A stretch of 37,364 nucleotides of DNA from Catajapyx aquilonaris (GCA_000934665.2 JYFJ02003814.1:1-37364), one strand, 5' to 3'. Shown: positions 23,301 through 35,673, numbered from the stretch's first letter. Program-made: numbers and translations. Notes: generated from the letters alone by a model not told the origin.

Positions 23301-26300
23301 AACATAAAAAGTGCTACAAAGAATCATGTTTGCATATGCAAAGTAGAAAAAACATTTTTAGCGTTGCAATTCTTATTCATCAACATCCTTTCAAATATTG
23401 TGAAAGTAATGATTTTTAAAGTTTTTATGTGGTTCAAGTCTTTGACACCCTGCTATGTCAATTCCATCAACGTGTGGCCTTTGCTATTGCTTCCAAAAAT
23501 TTGCAAAATTTGGGTCTAAAGGACATGGGCAAATCTTATGGGAAAAGTTGCGCAGGTTGTATTTGGCTGAAACTTGGTCAGTTGACCTTGACCTAAGGGT
23601 CAATTGTTCTGAAGGCCGAAGAAAATCTACCGTGCCGTTTGGCCACTAGAGGCACCCAAAGTCTGACTTTCAGATGGTTCCTATCAGGCTCATTTTCACA
23701 TATGTTATAGAGTTTCATAAGCTGAGTCGAATGAGCCATGGTGCGATTTTATGTGACAAACCATTTGGCCACTAGAGGTGCAATCGAGTTCAACAACGGA
23801 TCTTGTACTGGGATTGTAAGTGTGACATAACAATAACTGCCAAATGGTTTGTCACAGAAAATCGCCACATGGCTCATTAGATTCAGCTCATGAAACTCTA
23901 CAACATATGTGAAAATGACCCCGACAGGAACCACCTGAAAGTCTGACTTTGAGCGCCTCTACCGGCTAAACTGCACAGTAGATTTTCTTTGGTCTTCAGA
24001 ACAATAATTGACCCTTAGGTCTGATCAATCAATGGACCAAGTTTCAGCCAAATACAACCAGCGCAACTTTTCCCATAAGATTTGCCCCATGTCCTTTGGC
24101 TCAATTTCTGTACTGGCAGACCAGTAATTAATAATGGATGCCTCATTATAGGCCCCTTTGGGACTTTTAGGGGATCATCTTTTGATCAAGTCTTTAATCA
24201 TTGCCTGTGCTGTGATGGATTTTGATTTGTGGGAAAAAACAGGCGAGCCCCGAGAAAACCCATGCGAACATGGAGAAAACCCATTCAAAAACTTGATCCA
24301 CGTAAGGGCAATTCCACGTGAAGTTGAACACGTTTTGCAAAAAAAAATTGCCAGTCGGTAAGTGTGAGATATGTTTCACATATGAAACATGTATTACAGC
24401 ATGCATTTACGTTGCCATGTATATGTAGTAGGTGGGCACCTCTAAATGTGATCAAAGTACAATTAGTGCCTGCAGTTAGGCAACCACACATCAGCAGACC
24501 AAATCCTTGTGGGAATGGTCATTACCTGAGCAGGACTAAAAGATATCTCACTCACTGACGGGCAAATTTTTCCGTGGAAAACATGGTCAACTTCACGTGG
24601 AATTGCCTGTAAGTATCTTCTGTCTGACCCAGGAATCAAATTCAGGGCCTCAGAGGTGGAAGGCTGTGGCACTAGCCACTACACCACCGTGCCGTCCCAC
24701 AGACTAACCAGTACTTAATCCACACTAATCAACTTGATTGGTTGCTACCATTATACATCAAGGCCATATCACAATTATTGCAAGTTAACAATGAGTATGA
24801 GCATAGTTCTTACCTACAACTCGAAGGGTGTCAATCATGGTTCGAACATTGTCTACATTTTCAGCCATTTTTGTCTCCATTGACAATTCAACATAGTTTT
24901 TGTAGCCAAGTAGTTTTGCCTGGTCATTCCTGAAGCATAAATATTCTTACATTACAACCTTTATATTAACAACAGCAGCATACCTCTGACTCCGGATCTC
25001 TTCGATTTGAACACTATTATTTAGTTCCTTGTCTTGATAGACTGATGCCCGAAGTCTATGCGCATGCCATGCATTCCATCGCAGTTCTTTCACAGGGCAG
25101 TTTTCCATAAAGGAGGAGTAGATGTGTGGTTGGAAGGTTACTGCCCAAGGACCTTTGTCTGGATTCATCCTACAAAAGAATTAATTTATGAAAGGCACAT
25201 TACACAGGATACCAGCAAGGATACAAGTATGTATTGCCAGGTACAGTGCTGGACATTAATGGTAGAGTAGGCTATTGAGAGCGACATATTCCGAGGCGGC
25301 AGAAAAGCATATCGAAGTGATGAAGTATGGGCCATGCTAGTAAGAAATGGTAGGCCATGGGTGACATCACCGGCTGGGCACAATAGTGAATGATTGAATC
25401 TACCTGTGATGTCACCCAGGGCCTACCATTTCTTACTCGCACGACTCCTTCTTCATCACTTTGATGTGCTCTTTTGCCACCTCAGAAAATGTCACTGTCA
25501 GTACTCTACCATTAATGTCCAACACTGTACCAACACAATCACTACAGAAGCAACTAGACATTTTAAAAGATAAATTTTGTTTTCAATATAGTACACGATA
25601 CCTAAAGGCCAGTTTACAAAGATGTGGAACCTTGCCAAAAGGAGGAGTGCAACAACAGACCATTCGACTGCAGAAAAACTGACTGACTAATTTCAAACAC
25701 AGATGATATTTAAAAGGTGTAATATGCAATAATGAGTCACCCCACATGAGAACAGTTTTGAGAAGGGCTTTGAAGGTCATACATGTGAAATTAATTAAGT
25801 GTTCTTTTCAGTCATTTACGGCATAAGTATGCAGATTTCACCACCTTGATTTTAACTGAATGAAGTACAGTGCTGGACACATTAGCCGTCCCTGAATGTT
25901 TTTTTTCCGTCGGCGACGGCGCTGCGTAACCTGGCAACCCCGGCCGGCGGGCCAATTCAAACACCAGCACATGGAGAGTGCTTATAGTATCCTTTCCATT
26001 GTTGCCATTGTTTACAAATCGAGTGAGTGACGCGGACGACCCAGCGACGGGTCTCTTCTGCCTGCTTAGGCACCTTCTTAAGCCCGCTCCACACTGGCTG
26101 AGTTTCTCCGATGGGGATATTTCCGGACGAGAAATTAAGCCAGTGTGGAGCGTGTCTCCGATCCAGTTTGTGATCTCACCAGGGAGCATAATTATACTAC
26201 ATAAGAGGCGAAAACTTATGTCGGCGCCTTTGATGTTCGCGTCTCTCTGTTTGGGGCCGTTGCCAAGGCTAGCGGCCATTTTGAAGTGTGGGGAACGCCA

Positions 26301-27823
26301 ATGAGGTATAAATAGGGTACAGGCAAAAATAGGGTCCGCCATCTTTGATGGTTTTGGCGGCCACGGCCACCCTGGCCGCCTGGTCGACTTCACTCCCGCC
26401 CTATGTTAAGGCATGCAGGCGCTACTCTGCCATGTATCAAGCTTCAGGGCTCCCCCTCCCACGACTGCCTGGTATGTGTAATTGTCTGCGTGAATGTTCC
26501 TGCCATCTCCTGTGTACCTCCCTCCTCCTCCATTACTCACCCACATTAATTAACCGAATGCAATTATTAGAATTAATATTATTGAAGGATTCTACTGTCA
26601 TCGTGGCCATTTCAATAAGAGTAAATTGCAAAGGATCCAAACCAGGATAATTTTTTCCTCCATCTGACACTATTTTTTGTCATTGTCACCTTGTTGTACT
26701 TGCTGATTGCCTTTAAACTGATTACTGTGGAAAATAATGTGTAACTTCTTTCCCCACTCCCTCTTGGACTAGGAATTTGGGAAGTACATCACCCTGTGGG
26801 TTTTAGATCTGATATAAAATTATTAATGATAAAAAAACTCCTTACCTATCCAAGGACATCTCCGTTAGCAAGTCTCGAGGAAAATCACGAACAACATTCA
26901 GGTCACTAATAATATGTTTGAACCGTCCACTTGCCACCTGAAAATAAATTCAGTTTTGCATTGTAAACCAATTACACATCACGCAACGTGCAAATTTTAC
27001 ATACCTGCACTTTCTTCTCATAAGTCTTCCTTTCTGTATTCAGTTTCTTCATAACCACTTCAAAATGGTCAGCATCTTGTTTATTCAGCTCAAGTCCATT
27101 TAAACGGCCTTCGAGTAGAAACTTATGAACAAGACGTGCCTTTGCCTCATCTTCTTTTACCTCTGGACTATCCTTTATATCCTACAAATATACCAGCAAG
27201 TCAAATGTGTCAATACTTAACTTCCACTATCATGTGGTACCTGGCATGCGTCATAGATGAGTCGGCTGCGGAAGCAGCGCACCCTTGCCCGTCGTGCCCT
27301 ATCACTGATGTTTATAAATGTTGTGTTTGGCATCACATTTGCATTGGCAGCATAAAGAGTCTTTACTATCCCCCATGCACTTTCCAAGGGAGCCCCATAG
27401 GACTCAATCTCTTCTAACACAGATGTGAAGGTCTTCTGTAAATCTTCTGAAAGGCAAAAGAAAATACCCATTCACTAATTCTGGCCAACTGAAATTATTG
27501 CTACATACCTTTTTCCAGCATGTGCTCCACGCCCCATACCCCAGATTCAAAATCCAGGGACAACTTCCCAAGTCCATTGACGCACTTGGACCGGTCCAAG
27601 CTTGAGAATCGAGGGTAACCCTCTGTGTTCAGCAGGGGGTTTGTTTCAGCAGTGTCTGTAGGTATCTCTGGGACCCTGAGAGGTCGAAGATGTCATTCAG
27701 ATTATAATGATTAAAAATTATTGTGTGTCAGTTCCAGTCTTGAAATGCATGAATTCTTATGAATACACGCTAAAACAAAAACACAACGTGATTGTAAACA
27801 GGATAATGGGAGGTCATATGAGA

Positions 27824-27882
<59 letters not shown>

Positions 27883-30257
27883 TAATAATAATAACAATCC
27901 CGGTAGTGCTTGACCTCATCGGAGGTATATAGCACGGACCTATTTTATATCCTGTACATTTATTGGAACCTTTTTACGTAACGTCTGGGCCCATGGGCAG
28001 AATGACAGGAGGGAATGCGCAAAGTGCAGTGCAATGTCGTTGGTGTGGTCATTTTGTAAACTCCCCCGGGTGGATTAGTCTATGGAAATTCCACCCGAGA
28101 CGAAGCCAGAGATGGTCCAACTCTGCACGAGATGAAGGGGGGAACCCCGGGATGGGATCAAACCCGGGACCTTAACATTCGTGGACGCATACGTTACCAC
28201 AGTGCCACTCCGCCTCCCTTTGTTATAAGAGAAATATTCCTCTATCTCAAAAAAATGCTTTACCATCATGTAATCTATGCACCACTTGGAAATTTGATAT
28301 CTAGCAATGTCAGGGAGGTGCGGTGCCATGATGGCTTGCTGAGTGAAAGGTCCCAGGTTCTATCCCCACCTGGGAGTTCCCTTGCACCTGTGTCAGGAGG
28401 GTCTCTGACCCGCGCCATGGAGGTGTCTGGCAACCTAACCTCCTGGGGAACAGCACATGACCCCTTTACAGACATTGCACTTTCACCCATGTTCCCTCCC
28501 AAAAAATCCCCTATCCTTACCCCATGTTCTTGATTCCCTGCACCGGAGAGTGAAGAAAACTATGTACATTAGAAAACTGATGGTGGTGTGCCACCCCCTT
28601 ATAAGGGCTTATAGCTCTATCATGGGGTAAAAGAAATAAAAATAAAAATTTAAAAAATATATCTAGCTATGTCTGAATTTTTGAAATGTTTTAGCAGATG
28701 AGTCGTTAGCTACCTAAGGTTTACTGTGGAGGTCTTATTTGTCACATCCTGTTATGGCCAGAACTTTTACTACTATAGTACAGGTGAACATGGGGAACAG
28801 AAACTGTTTAGGTATACCACAGAGCTAAAAGGCACCTACATGAATCATGCTGCGAGTACATCTCTGGCCATAACTTGGTCATTTGAATATTATCAAAATA
28901 GCAGCCAATTAAGGAACTCTCATCTTTATTATAAAAAAGAACCCTGCTGTGGATTGGGGGAGGCTGAGAATTCTTTGGAATAATGTTGAATCTTCCCACT
29001 TCTGTGATATTGCAAACTTCATACAGGACAGGAGTTATGGATTATTGAGGCTATATGAACACAAAATAGCTTTATGGCAACCTATACTTTCTCTTAACTG
29101 CAAGAAAGCAAGGTGGGCAACATTTCAATGAGTGTTGCAAATATTTATTTCTGATCAATCCTATGGCTATTGAAAATTTGCTGGAACTCATGGCCCCATA
29201 GACTTACATTTGGTTTGAATTTCAATCTCCTGCAAATCAATGAGGAATATTTACCCTTGTAGAAGTTTACCTACTTTTCTAGGGCTAACCAGATTTATTT
29301 GTAGATCCCCAGCCCTGAATTATCAAGCTGTAATACTCATTCATTGTTTAACATACAGAGGGTGACTGCCTAGCAGAACTACATCATCAGCATAAATCAG
29401 TGTAAGTCTGGAGGGTTTAGTCCACGATTCACTCCAGGAACCCTAGATTGTGACAGCTTTTAGTTTGCATAGCTGTATATATTACAAAGAGCAACAGAAA
29501 CAGACCTTCACCTTGGAGACTACTAACTTATTATCCTTGTCATTGGTGGACAGCATTATTCCTAAATGTAAATAACTATTTTCAAGAGCTATTTTGCATC
29601 AATATTTTGCGTTGTCAAATTAACGCCAAGGAGAAGCAAGATGCTTTAATGCAGATCAAATGAGCTGACAAGTCCAACAAAAGGACCATATTACTACCCC
29701 TTTCCTGCAGCACCGCATTTTAGGATCAGAATAATAATATGCGGCAAAAACAACTGCGATTGGATCTAAAAGCCGACTGATCCTCCAGAATCACGCTCTT
29801 CGTCGTAAAATATGTCTTGCTAGATGGATGTAAAAAGCTTCAACATAGTGTTGACTGAGGAGAATCCAAATACCTCTGTTGTATGAAAAAACCAGGAGAA
29901 AGCCTGGAGATGGAAAGATAGAAATCCCGTAGCTTTGTTTTTCCAAAACCGAGTTGTTTGCACTGACATGGAATATCGATTCCCATGTAACTGGTTTTAA
30001 TATTGGCATGACTTAACACCCCATACATAATGACCAACTTTATAGTTATAAAACTGGAACTAACCACAAATACAACTAGCATGTTGCCTATACTTAAGCC
30101 AACAAAAATATCAGTTCTGCCCTTTAGAAATTTGCAGAGTATAATGGTGTGTTACAGGCCCAACTAGATTAACGTACAAGACAATATATCCATGCCGACG
30201 TGGAGTGAAAAGCAGGCCTTTGGCTGCCCTCGCACTTCTCACAGCCAGTCGCGACAT
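14388..30257 (-). CDS. M3-family oligopeptidase A-like protein (thimet/neurolysin/OpdA fold), 14 coding exons, 729 aa, predicted catalytically inactive and mitochondrially targeted
   Basis: complement(join(14388..14541,14598..14825,14882..15049,17667..17779,17834..18008,22373..22573,22770..22896,24814..24929,24984..25169,26846..26937,27005..27181,27241..27446,27509..27675,30178..30257)). All introns are GT-AG with consistent phases and the total is 2190 nt with no internal stop. The protein starts MSRLAVRSARAAKGLLFTPRRHGYIVLVPEIP and contains M3 hallmarks GPWAVTFQP, AKLLGYKNYVELSMETKMA, WHPDV..Y, FYLDPYQRPGEK, IEWDA, AAAYYSHMWS and FRGRDPS. Confidence 0.93.
15103..15229. mobile_element. Hairpin MITE with 3-bp TSD (PIF/Harbinger-like)
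   Basis: TGA|TGCCTGGTTGCACCAACAAAATTACCGGTC ... GACCGGTAATTTTGTTGGTGCAACCAGGCA|TGA. Confidence 0.8.
15410..15541 (-). mobile_element. 5'-truncated retroposon (SINE 3' part)
   Basis: 17-bp direct repeat AAGGAGAGCATAATATA at 15393-15409 and 15542-15558. The minus strand has GGCCACAGCCGCTTCCTTCC, a terminal stem-loop and a short TTA tail. Confidence 0.7.
15625..16100. mobile_element. hAT-type MITE
   Basis: CAGGGCCGGTGAAA ... TTTCACCGGCACGG, with a perfect 8-bp TSD GTCATAAT. Confidence 0.8.
16130..16420 (-). mobile_element. tRNA-derived SINE, family B
   Basis: A box TGGTCTAGT..GG, B box GAGTTCAAATCC, (CAAA)n tail, TSD CACGTTTTGATT/CACATTTTGATT. Homologous to 20493-20797. Confidence 0.85.
16466..17101. 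mobile_element. hAT-type MITE with internal minisatellite
   Basis: CAGGGCTGCAA ... TTGCAGCCCTG, with 8-bp TSD AAAAAATG. It holds three near-identical 84-85-bp units from 16531 and a second two-unit repeat from ~16897. Confidence 0.88.
20493..20797 (+). mobile_element. tRNA-derived SINE, family B, with poly(A) tail
   Basis: GGTGGTCTAGTGG A box, GGTTCAAAT B box, body colinear with 16130-16420, then a long A tract. Confidence 0.85.
20812..22007. mobile_element. Tc1/mariner-type MITE whose right TIR is split by a piggyBac insertion
   Basis: TA|CAGTACCCTGCATTAATGGCTATGCACAGACATCGCCACCTG ... CAGGTGGCGATGTCTGTGCATAGCCATTAA[insert]TTAATGCAGGGTACTG|TA. Confidence 0.85.
21188..21991. mobile_element. 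piggyBac-type fold-back MITE (804 bp, ~370-bp near-identical arms)
   Basis: TTAA|CCC ... GGG|TTAA; the arms are reverse-complementary with few mismatches. Confidence 0.9.
23516..24099. mobile_element. ~580-bp palindromic MITE
   Basis: AAAGGACATGGGCAAATCTTATGGGAAAAGTTGCGC ... GCGCAACTTTTCCCATAAGATTTGCCCCATGTCCTTT. The arms pair almost to the centre. Confidence 0.8.
24194..24698 (-). mobile_element. Old tRNA-derived SINE interrupted by a MITE
   Basis: Head GGCACGGTGGTGTAGTGGCTAGTG...TTTGATTCC (24620-24698) and body GGGTTTTCTCGGGCTCGCCTGTTTTTTCCCACA (~24230-24265). Confidence 0.55.
24305..24609. mobile_element. MITE with ~65-bp TIRs
   Basis: GGCAATTCCACGTGAAGTTGA ... TCAACTTCACGTGGAATTGCC, flanked by TA/TAA. 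Confidence 0.75.
25244..25527. mobile_element. Tc1/mariner-type hairpin MITE
   Basis: TA|CAGTGCTGGACATTAATGGTAGAGTA ... TACTCTACCATTAATGTCCAACACTG|TA. Confidence 0.8.
27828..28221 (-). mobile_element. tRNA-derived SINE, family A, with (TTA)n tail
   Basis: Colinear with 11296-11673. The 15-bp TSD has 2 mismatches (GTCATATGAGAAATA 27813-27827 / GTTATAAGAGAAATA 28222-28236). Confidence 0.88.
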
Positions 30258-30329
30258 TTCTCCAGAAGTGCTCCAGAACGTGCCGGGAATCTCTGGTGCC
30301 GGGTTCCACAGTCAGATGCTGGCTGCGTT

Positions 30330-31020
30330 TATTTCCTATCCAATAAAGGCGCCATTTTGTCACGTGATGAAACCGTGCATGAGACGAACTAGACGCACCC
30401 AAGAGCTGACTGGATAAAAGATGGCCGTATAATTAAAATTGAACCTTATTGAATCCGATTGAACCCATCATTGACCTCGGACAGCACCCTTACTTAGTTA
30501 CTCCGATTATAATTATAATCTGTGTTTAGTTCTAAAATATAATTAAATGATTGAGCTGACGGAACACGTGACTTGACCGATGTCTGGTATTATCGATATA
30601 TCTGTTAATATTCGTGGACAAAAACAACCAAGCTCCTCTTGTTGAAACAACACCGGTTGGTTTATTCTCCGTCTCGAAGCATAAGTCAGGTCAATCCCAC
30701 TGCCTTGTCTGCATGCGGCCCAATCCGGATCACCCACCGTGATTGAAAATATTATCTCGTGTATTATCCCAATCCGAAAATCGATACGTAAATATATCGA
30801 CGCAAAAATTCAAACACAAAATATCGATATATCGCTCTGGCAAATGGTCATAGAATAGAAATGGTCACTTGTGCCCGACAGCCGACACTGGACTGTGGAA
30901 GTTGGCGTGTGGTTGTACTCTTCTAGCATCTGTCTTCGAACCGGCCTTTTCTGGATCGTGTTGGGGGGCTGCTCTGCCATACCAGTTGTCTGAAGTGTTT
31001 TTGGGCATGTTTTTGACGAG
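30330..31020. promoter_or_regulatory. Bidirectional housekeeping-type promoter region plus probable non-coding first exon of GTF2E2
   Basis: CpG-rich and free of recognisable TEs. It has a YY1-like GCCATTTT (30351-30358), E-boxes TCACGTGA (30360-30367) and CACGTGAC (30565-30572), and DRE palindromes TATCGATA (30591-30598, 30822-30829). A candidate donor GAG|GTAAAA lies at 31020/31021. Confidence 0.65.
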
Positions 31021-31235
31021 GTAAAAGGTTAGACTGAGAGATATGTGATACCAACATGGGAGGGCACTTACAAAAGAACAAGGGAGAAGAGGCTAGGCAC
31101 TGGCCACATATGGCCCATTCTCATACAGGCATGAACCTGTTTAAGGCACAATTTGGGATGTCTAGTTCAATGAATGAAGAGGAGATGGTGTTGTGCAATT
31201 CTTGCACTAATGTGATATAAGATTCTAGTTTAATC

Positions 31236-32270
31236 CAGGGTTGTGAACCGAACCGAACCCTTGCTCTGTGAACCCTATAACAGCCGAGCCACTCCGGAGC
31301 AGTAGAGCCGGGTCCGGAGCGAGTGTCGGAGCTTGGTTCGGGTTCGAGCCGATTCAAGGGAAGAGTGGAGCCAAGGTCGGAGCGGGTCCGGAGTTTGGTT
31401 GGGAGCTTGCCAGCTTGCTCCGGAGTTTGGTTCGGGCCAGCGCCTCCGGAGCTGAACCCGGTTCCGGAGGGAGGTTCGGAGCGGTTCAGAGCTTGGTTAG
31501 GTCCAACATACCAACGCAATGGGGGGAAAGGCAGAAAAACCGCTGGATTTACTCCAGCATATGCGTCATGTTTTCATGGTGACAGAATGATAGTTCCAAA
31601 CCACAAATGTCACAATTTTATGTCATACACATTTTTTGGATACGTCACAATAATATGTCATAAGCATTATTTTGTTGTATGTCACAATAATATGTCATAT
31701 GCATTTTTTGTATGTTACAATATGATATTGTAACATACAAAATATTCGTATGACATAAAAATCTGGCATACAACAAATGCATATGACATGAAAATGTGGC
31801 ATCCAAAAATTGGGTATGACATGTTGTGGCATGCAAAAAATGTGTATTATGACATATTGTAACATACAAAAATGCGTATGTCATAAAAATGTGACATTTG
31901 CGGTACACCCTGTATCGCGGGTGCTTGGAAATGTCATTCTGCCACCATGAAAACATGATGCATAGGTTTTTCTGCCTTTCCCCCCTTTGAGTTGGTATGT
32001 TGGACCTAACCAAGCTCTGAACCGCTCCGAACCTCCCTCCGGAACCGGGTTCAGCTCTGGAGCCGTTGGCCCAAACCAAACTCCGGAGCAAGCTGGCAAG
32101 CTCCCAACCAAACTCCAGACCTGCTCCGACCTTGGCTCCACTCTCCCCCCTAACCGGCTCGAACCTGAACCAATCTCCGACGCTCGCTCCAGACCCGCCT
32201 CTACTGCTCCGGAGTGGCTCTGCTGTTATCGGGTTCACGGAGCAAGGGTTCAGTTCGGTTCACAACCCTG
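31236..32270. mobile_element. hAT-type fold-back element with ~350-bp inverted arms and an AT-rich central minisatellite
   Basis: CAGGGTTGTGAACCGAAC ... GTTCGGTTCACAACCCTG, with a perfect 8-bp TSD GTTTAATC. Confidence 0.9.
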
Positions 32271-32986
32271 GTTTAATCACAAGTGCAGGTGTACCTTCCT
32301 CATTTGTCCGTCATTGACTTTGTGTACAAGAGTACGAGAGTAGGCCAGCAGTGATAAGGCTATTTTGGGGACTGGTTTTATTAGATTTATGCACGCAGTG
32401 TCACCTAGACCTAGAGGAATTATACACCATGCCAAGATGATGGAAACCACTAGCTCACACTTTACCTATTTTTGCATTGCATTCACCTCACCCACCCAGG
32501 CTGCACACCATGCCATGTGTAAACTGATTGAGGGAATGATTGTCGACAGACAAGTTCAAGTTGCCTAGAACTGCAATTAAATGCGGTTTTCTTTGGCAGC
32601 ATTTTATATTACCAGTTTGTTTTGTAAATTCCTCATTTTTTTTCTCACATCAGATATGTTTTGCATAAGTTGGGGACAGTGAATACTCCTCACATGATGG
32701 CTGATGAGCCCAGGGATGAGCCTTCCAGTCTATTGTTAACAGATCATATTATTTTTGATGTCCCCTAAAAGTAACTGCCTATAAATAAGCAACTTAGTGC
32801 CAAAACTTTACTAACCACAAAGGAAATTTTTTATTGGAACACTCTTTATTATTCAGCTAATTGTTCTAGTATTACTGGAAGTGTAGCTCTTTGCTGGTGC
32901 AATATTCTCATGCCAGAAAAGCAGAAAACTAAAAGTGCCCCACAGTATGTTCCTTACTAATAGGTCAAGTGACAGTCAGTGTATTC

Positions 32987-33236
32987 CGCCGGCGCTGGTG
33001 GTCTGGTGGTTAGTGCGCTTGCCTCTAGACCCAAAGTTGTGGGTTCGAACCCGGTCAAGGTCGGTGACTTTTCTCCGTGCCAAGCCATCAATATCAGGAT
33101 TACATCCTGACACTTAGGCAACCACTGCATGTAAGGTAGTGCAGCAGTTTGCTGCCTTCCCCACAGGAAAGCTGTTGGGTGGGTGGCAGTGTTTGGTCTC
33201 GGGCATGCAAATCTCCATCGTCATCTACATCATCAA
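32987..33236 (+). mobile_element. tRNA-derived SINE, third family
   Basis: A box GGTGGTCTGGTGG, B box GGTTCGAACCC, degenerate (CAT)n tail. Confidence 0.65.
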
Positions 33237-33390
33237 TGGTTGGTCCCTTGACATTTTGCACCCCTACATTTTTGACTTGTTTTGGCCCGAGGAATGCATT
33301 GACTGCCATAGCCATACTAGTAAGAAACACCCTAAACTCTAAAATGAGATTACCTTACTATTATTATAGGATATTCATAAAAATGGTCTC

Positions 33391-33538
33391 ACTGTACATT
33401 AGTGGAAATTAATGGATATCCACAAGTGTCCCTGCCTGGTGAAGCTTTTCCTTTGCATGCAGCAGCTTTGTGTAAAGGAAAAGCTCTGCCAGACGGCGAT
33501 ACTTGTGAATATGATTCATTAATTTCCACCACTGTACA
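33391..33538. mobile_element. Small palindromic MITE
   Basis: GTGGAAATTAATG..CACAAGT..AGCTTTTCCTTT / AAAGGAAAAGCT..ACTTGTG..CATTAATTTCCAC. Confidence 0.65.
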
Positions 33539-33611
33539 GGGTTCGTTTGTCTAAAGCACAAAATCCACCCATGTAGCGACGAACTGAAGGGTCATAAACA
33601 AGTATCACAAA

Positions 33612-34787
33612 CAGGGATGGAAAAAGAACCATGACCTTCCCATCAGAATTGCTTCTTACGGATTCCGCCACAGACAACCGCTTTGCAAATGTGGAAGCGC
33701 TTAAATACCACTACCACTTTCAGAACCTATTCGACAATATTCTGTTGCAACCGGTTCTCACTCAGTTGCAAATCCAAGAACCGCTGCGAGAAGCGCTTCT
33801 GTGGGTTCCCAAGAACATGTACCGATTTCGTGCTAAGTGTGTTGCGTTATCTGGGTTTTTGGCGTTGAAGGCAAAATTGACTGTTATTTGTTAGAGTCGT
33901 ATTGTTTGTAATGCTCCTGTCAAGAATGAGCCACGAAGCCGAGCGCCCCCAACCGAACTAATTTCGACCGATCTCGTGACTATGCTCCCTGCGATCGGTT
34001 AGCGTCATCGTTCGGCGGGCTAGCCCGTTTGACACGACCAGTATACTGGTCCTGGCGGCTCCGGGACCCGCATCCGGACCGGGTGCCACCCACGGCCCAT
34101 GGGCGATCTTGCAGGCTGATGAGTTGGATGCCTTGTTGTATTCATAATACACCCGGACAAATTCATGTGCCCTCTTCATTTTCTTGGGTGGAGGTGTATC
34201 CTCCGAGTCGGACATGGTGTAGGGGCCGCAGAAATCCTATCACCTTTCGGCTAGACCTTGCACTCTGTTACGATGAAGCTGTGCCTCTGTGCGATAAGGT
34301 CTTCCAGAAGCCAGTTTGACCAACACATGTCACCATTTGACTGTTTGTGCTCCAGTGTACACTTTTACAGGCAGTGTCACAGTGAATATCCCCATTGGGC
34401 GAAAGAGAACAAGGAACTGGTTAAGACCTGAGAACCGTTTCCGCAGAACTGGTAGCATCTTCAAAAAAGGCATCCGGTTCCGCTTCTACAACTGCTCCCA
34501 TGTTGCCGGATGCCAAGGATACCGAGATGTTCGGAAGCGGTTCTTGTAGGCGACCGGATCCGGAGCGATATCATAGAAGCGGTTCTTTTTCCATCCAAGA
34601 CACGAGAACCGCTTCCGCAGAACTGGTAGCATCTTCAAAAAAGGCATATTGTTCCGCTTCTACTGCCACTCCCATGTTTGCAAAGCACTTCCGGTTATCA
34701 GATGCCAAGGGTAGCGAGAAATACCGGAAGCATTTCTTCTACCGGATCCTGAGTGGTATCATAGAAGCAGTTCTTTTTCCATCCCTG
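33612..34787 (-). mobile_element. Internally deleted hAT transposon retaining a BED-finger-like transposase N-terminus
   Basis: CAGGGATGGAAAAAGAAC ... GTTCTTTTTCCATCCCTG; TSD ATCACAAA/ATCACAAG. The minus ORF from 34215 reads MSDSEDTPPPKKMKRAHEFVRVYYEYNKASNSSACKI and then loses homology. The subterminal block is duplicated (34428-34590 / 34603-34783). Confidence 0.8.
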
Positions 34788-35673
34788 ATCACAAGACATC
34801 ACCAAATACGAGTTGACCAAGCAAACTGAGGCAAACATCATGAATATATTTGAGGTTTATGGTTCAATTTGGAAAGGAAAGGTTCTGCTAAACAGATGAA
34901 GCTTAATAGCTTTTAAGAGGCAAAGTAATTCAGATTAGAGTTAACAGTGGAAAATTAACATTGGAATGCTTTATTAGATGTCAAAAATACATAGTCAAAT
35001 GTGGTGGTTTATTTTCCATTTTATGGAGGGCCCCATATTTATTATTCTCTCTTATCCATTTTGTTTCTTTTTTCTTCAGATCCTTGACAAAAACAAAATT
35101 GAGGTTTCATTGTATTAGTAGACTAATCAGTTCAGCAGTTAAATTTTTAGCTTTTAATTTGTACTTTACCAAGTGGTTTTGAATAATTTAGGGACTAATG
35201 AAGAGCTTCATTGCTAAATTTGCCCCATTGCCATCACAGATCCTCCTGCTATTAACTGGAACGTCATCAGAGACTTAACAGTTTGGAAGCCCCTACTTGG
35301 CTGTGTATTCTGGTTGTGTTATTCCTGGACTCCGCTGGAAAGAGGAGGCTAAGTTGCCATCCAACTCATCTGGTTTCCATATAACCCTTCACAGAGAGGT
35401 ATGTTTCTCACTGGGGTAAATGTAGGGACTGTGTGAAGTAAGTGTGGTGCGTATAACATTGGAGGCACGTTTAACGCCATAACCTAAAAGAGAAGGACCA
35501 TGGCAGTTTTCTCTGCCATTGTGCTTGTCTGGGTATACTGTTTGCATGCAGATACTCTCATGCAGTTTCAATGATACTTATAATTAGAGAAAGGATTTAT
35601 AGATTTTTACCTACTTTTTATTCTGTAGGCAGAACACCGCAACCAAAATATCTATCCATTTCATAACACAATC

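Noticed and set aside
25812..26393. 193-aa ORF and overlapping ORFs
   Set aside because: GC-rich interior of a truncated Tc1-like element (CAGTGCTGG end at 25868); no protein motif.
31121..32343. Several mirrored 100-200-aa ORFs
   Set aside because: Artefacts of the GC-rich inverted arms of the hAT fold-back element.
32700..32730. CTGATGA hammerhead core
   Set aside because: No correctly placed GAAA or closing stems. The other CTGANGA hits I checked also failed.
32987..33065. Possible extra tRNA genes (also the SINE heads at 11296, 16420, 20493, 24698, 28221)
   Set aside because: A and B boxes are present but the stems do not close, and each continues into a SINE body and tail.
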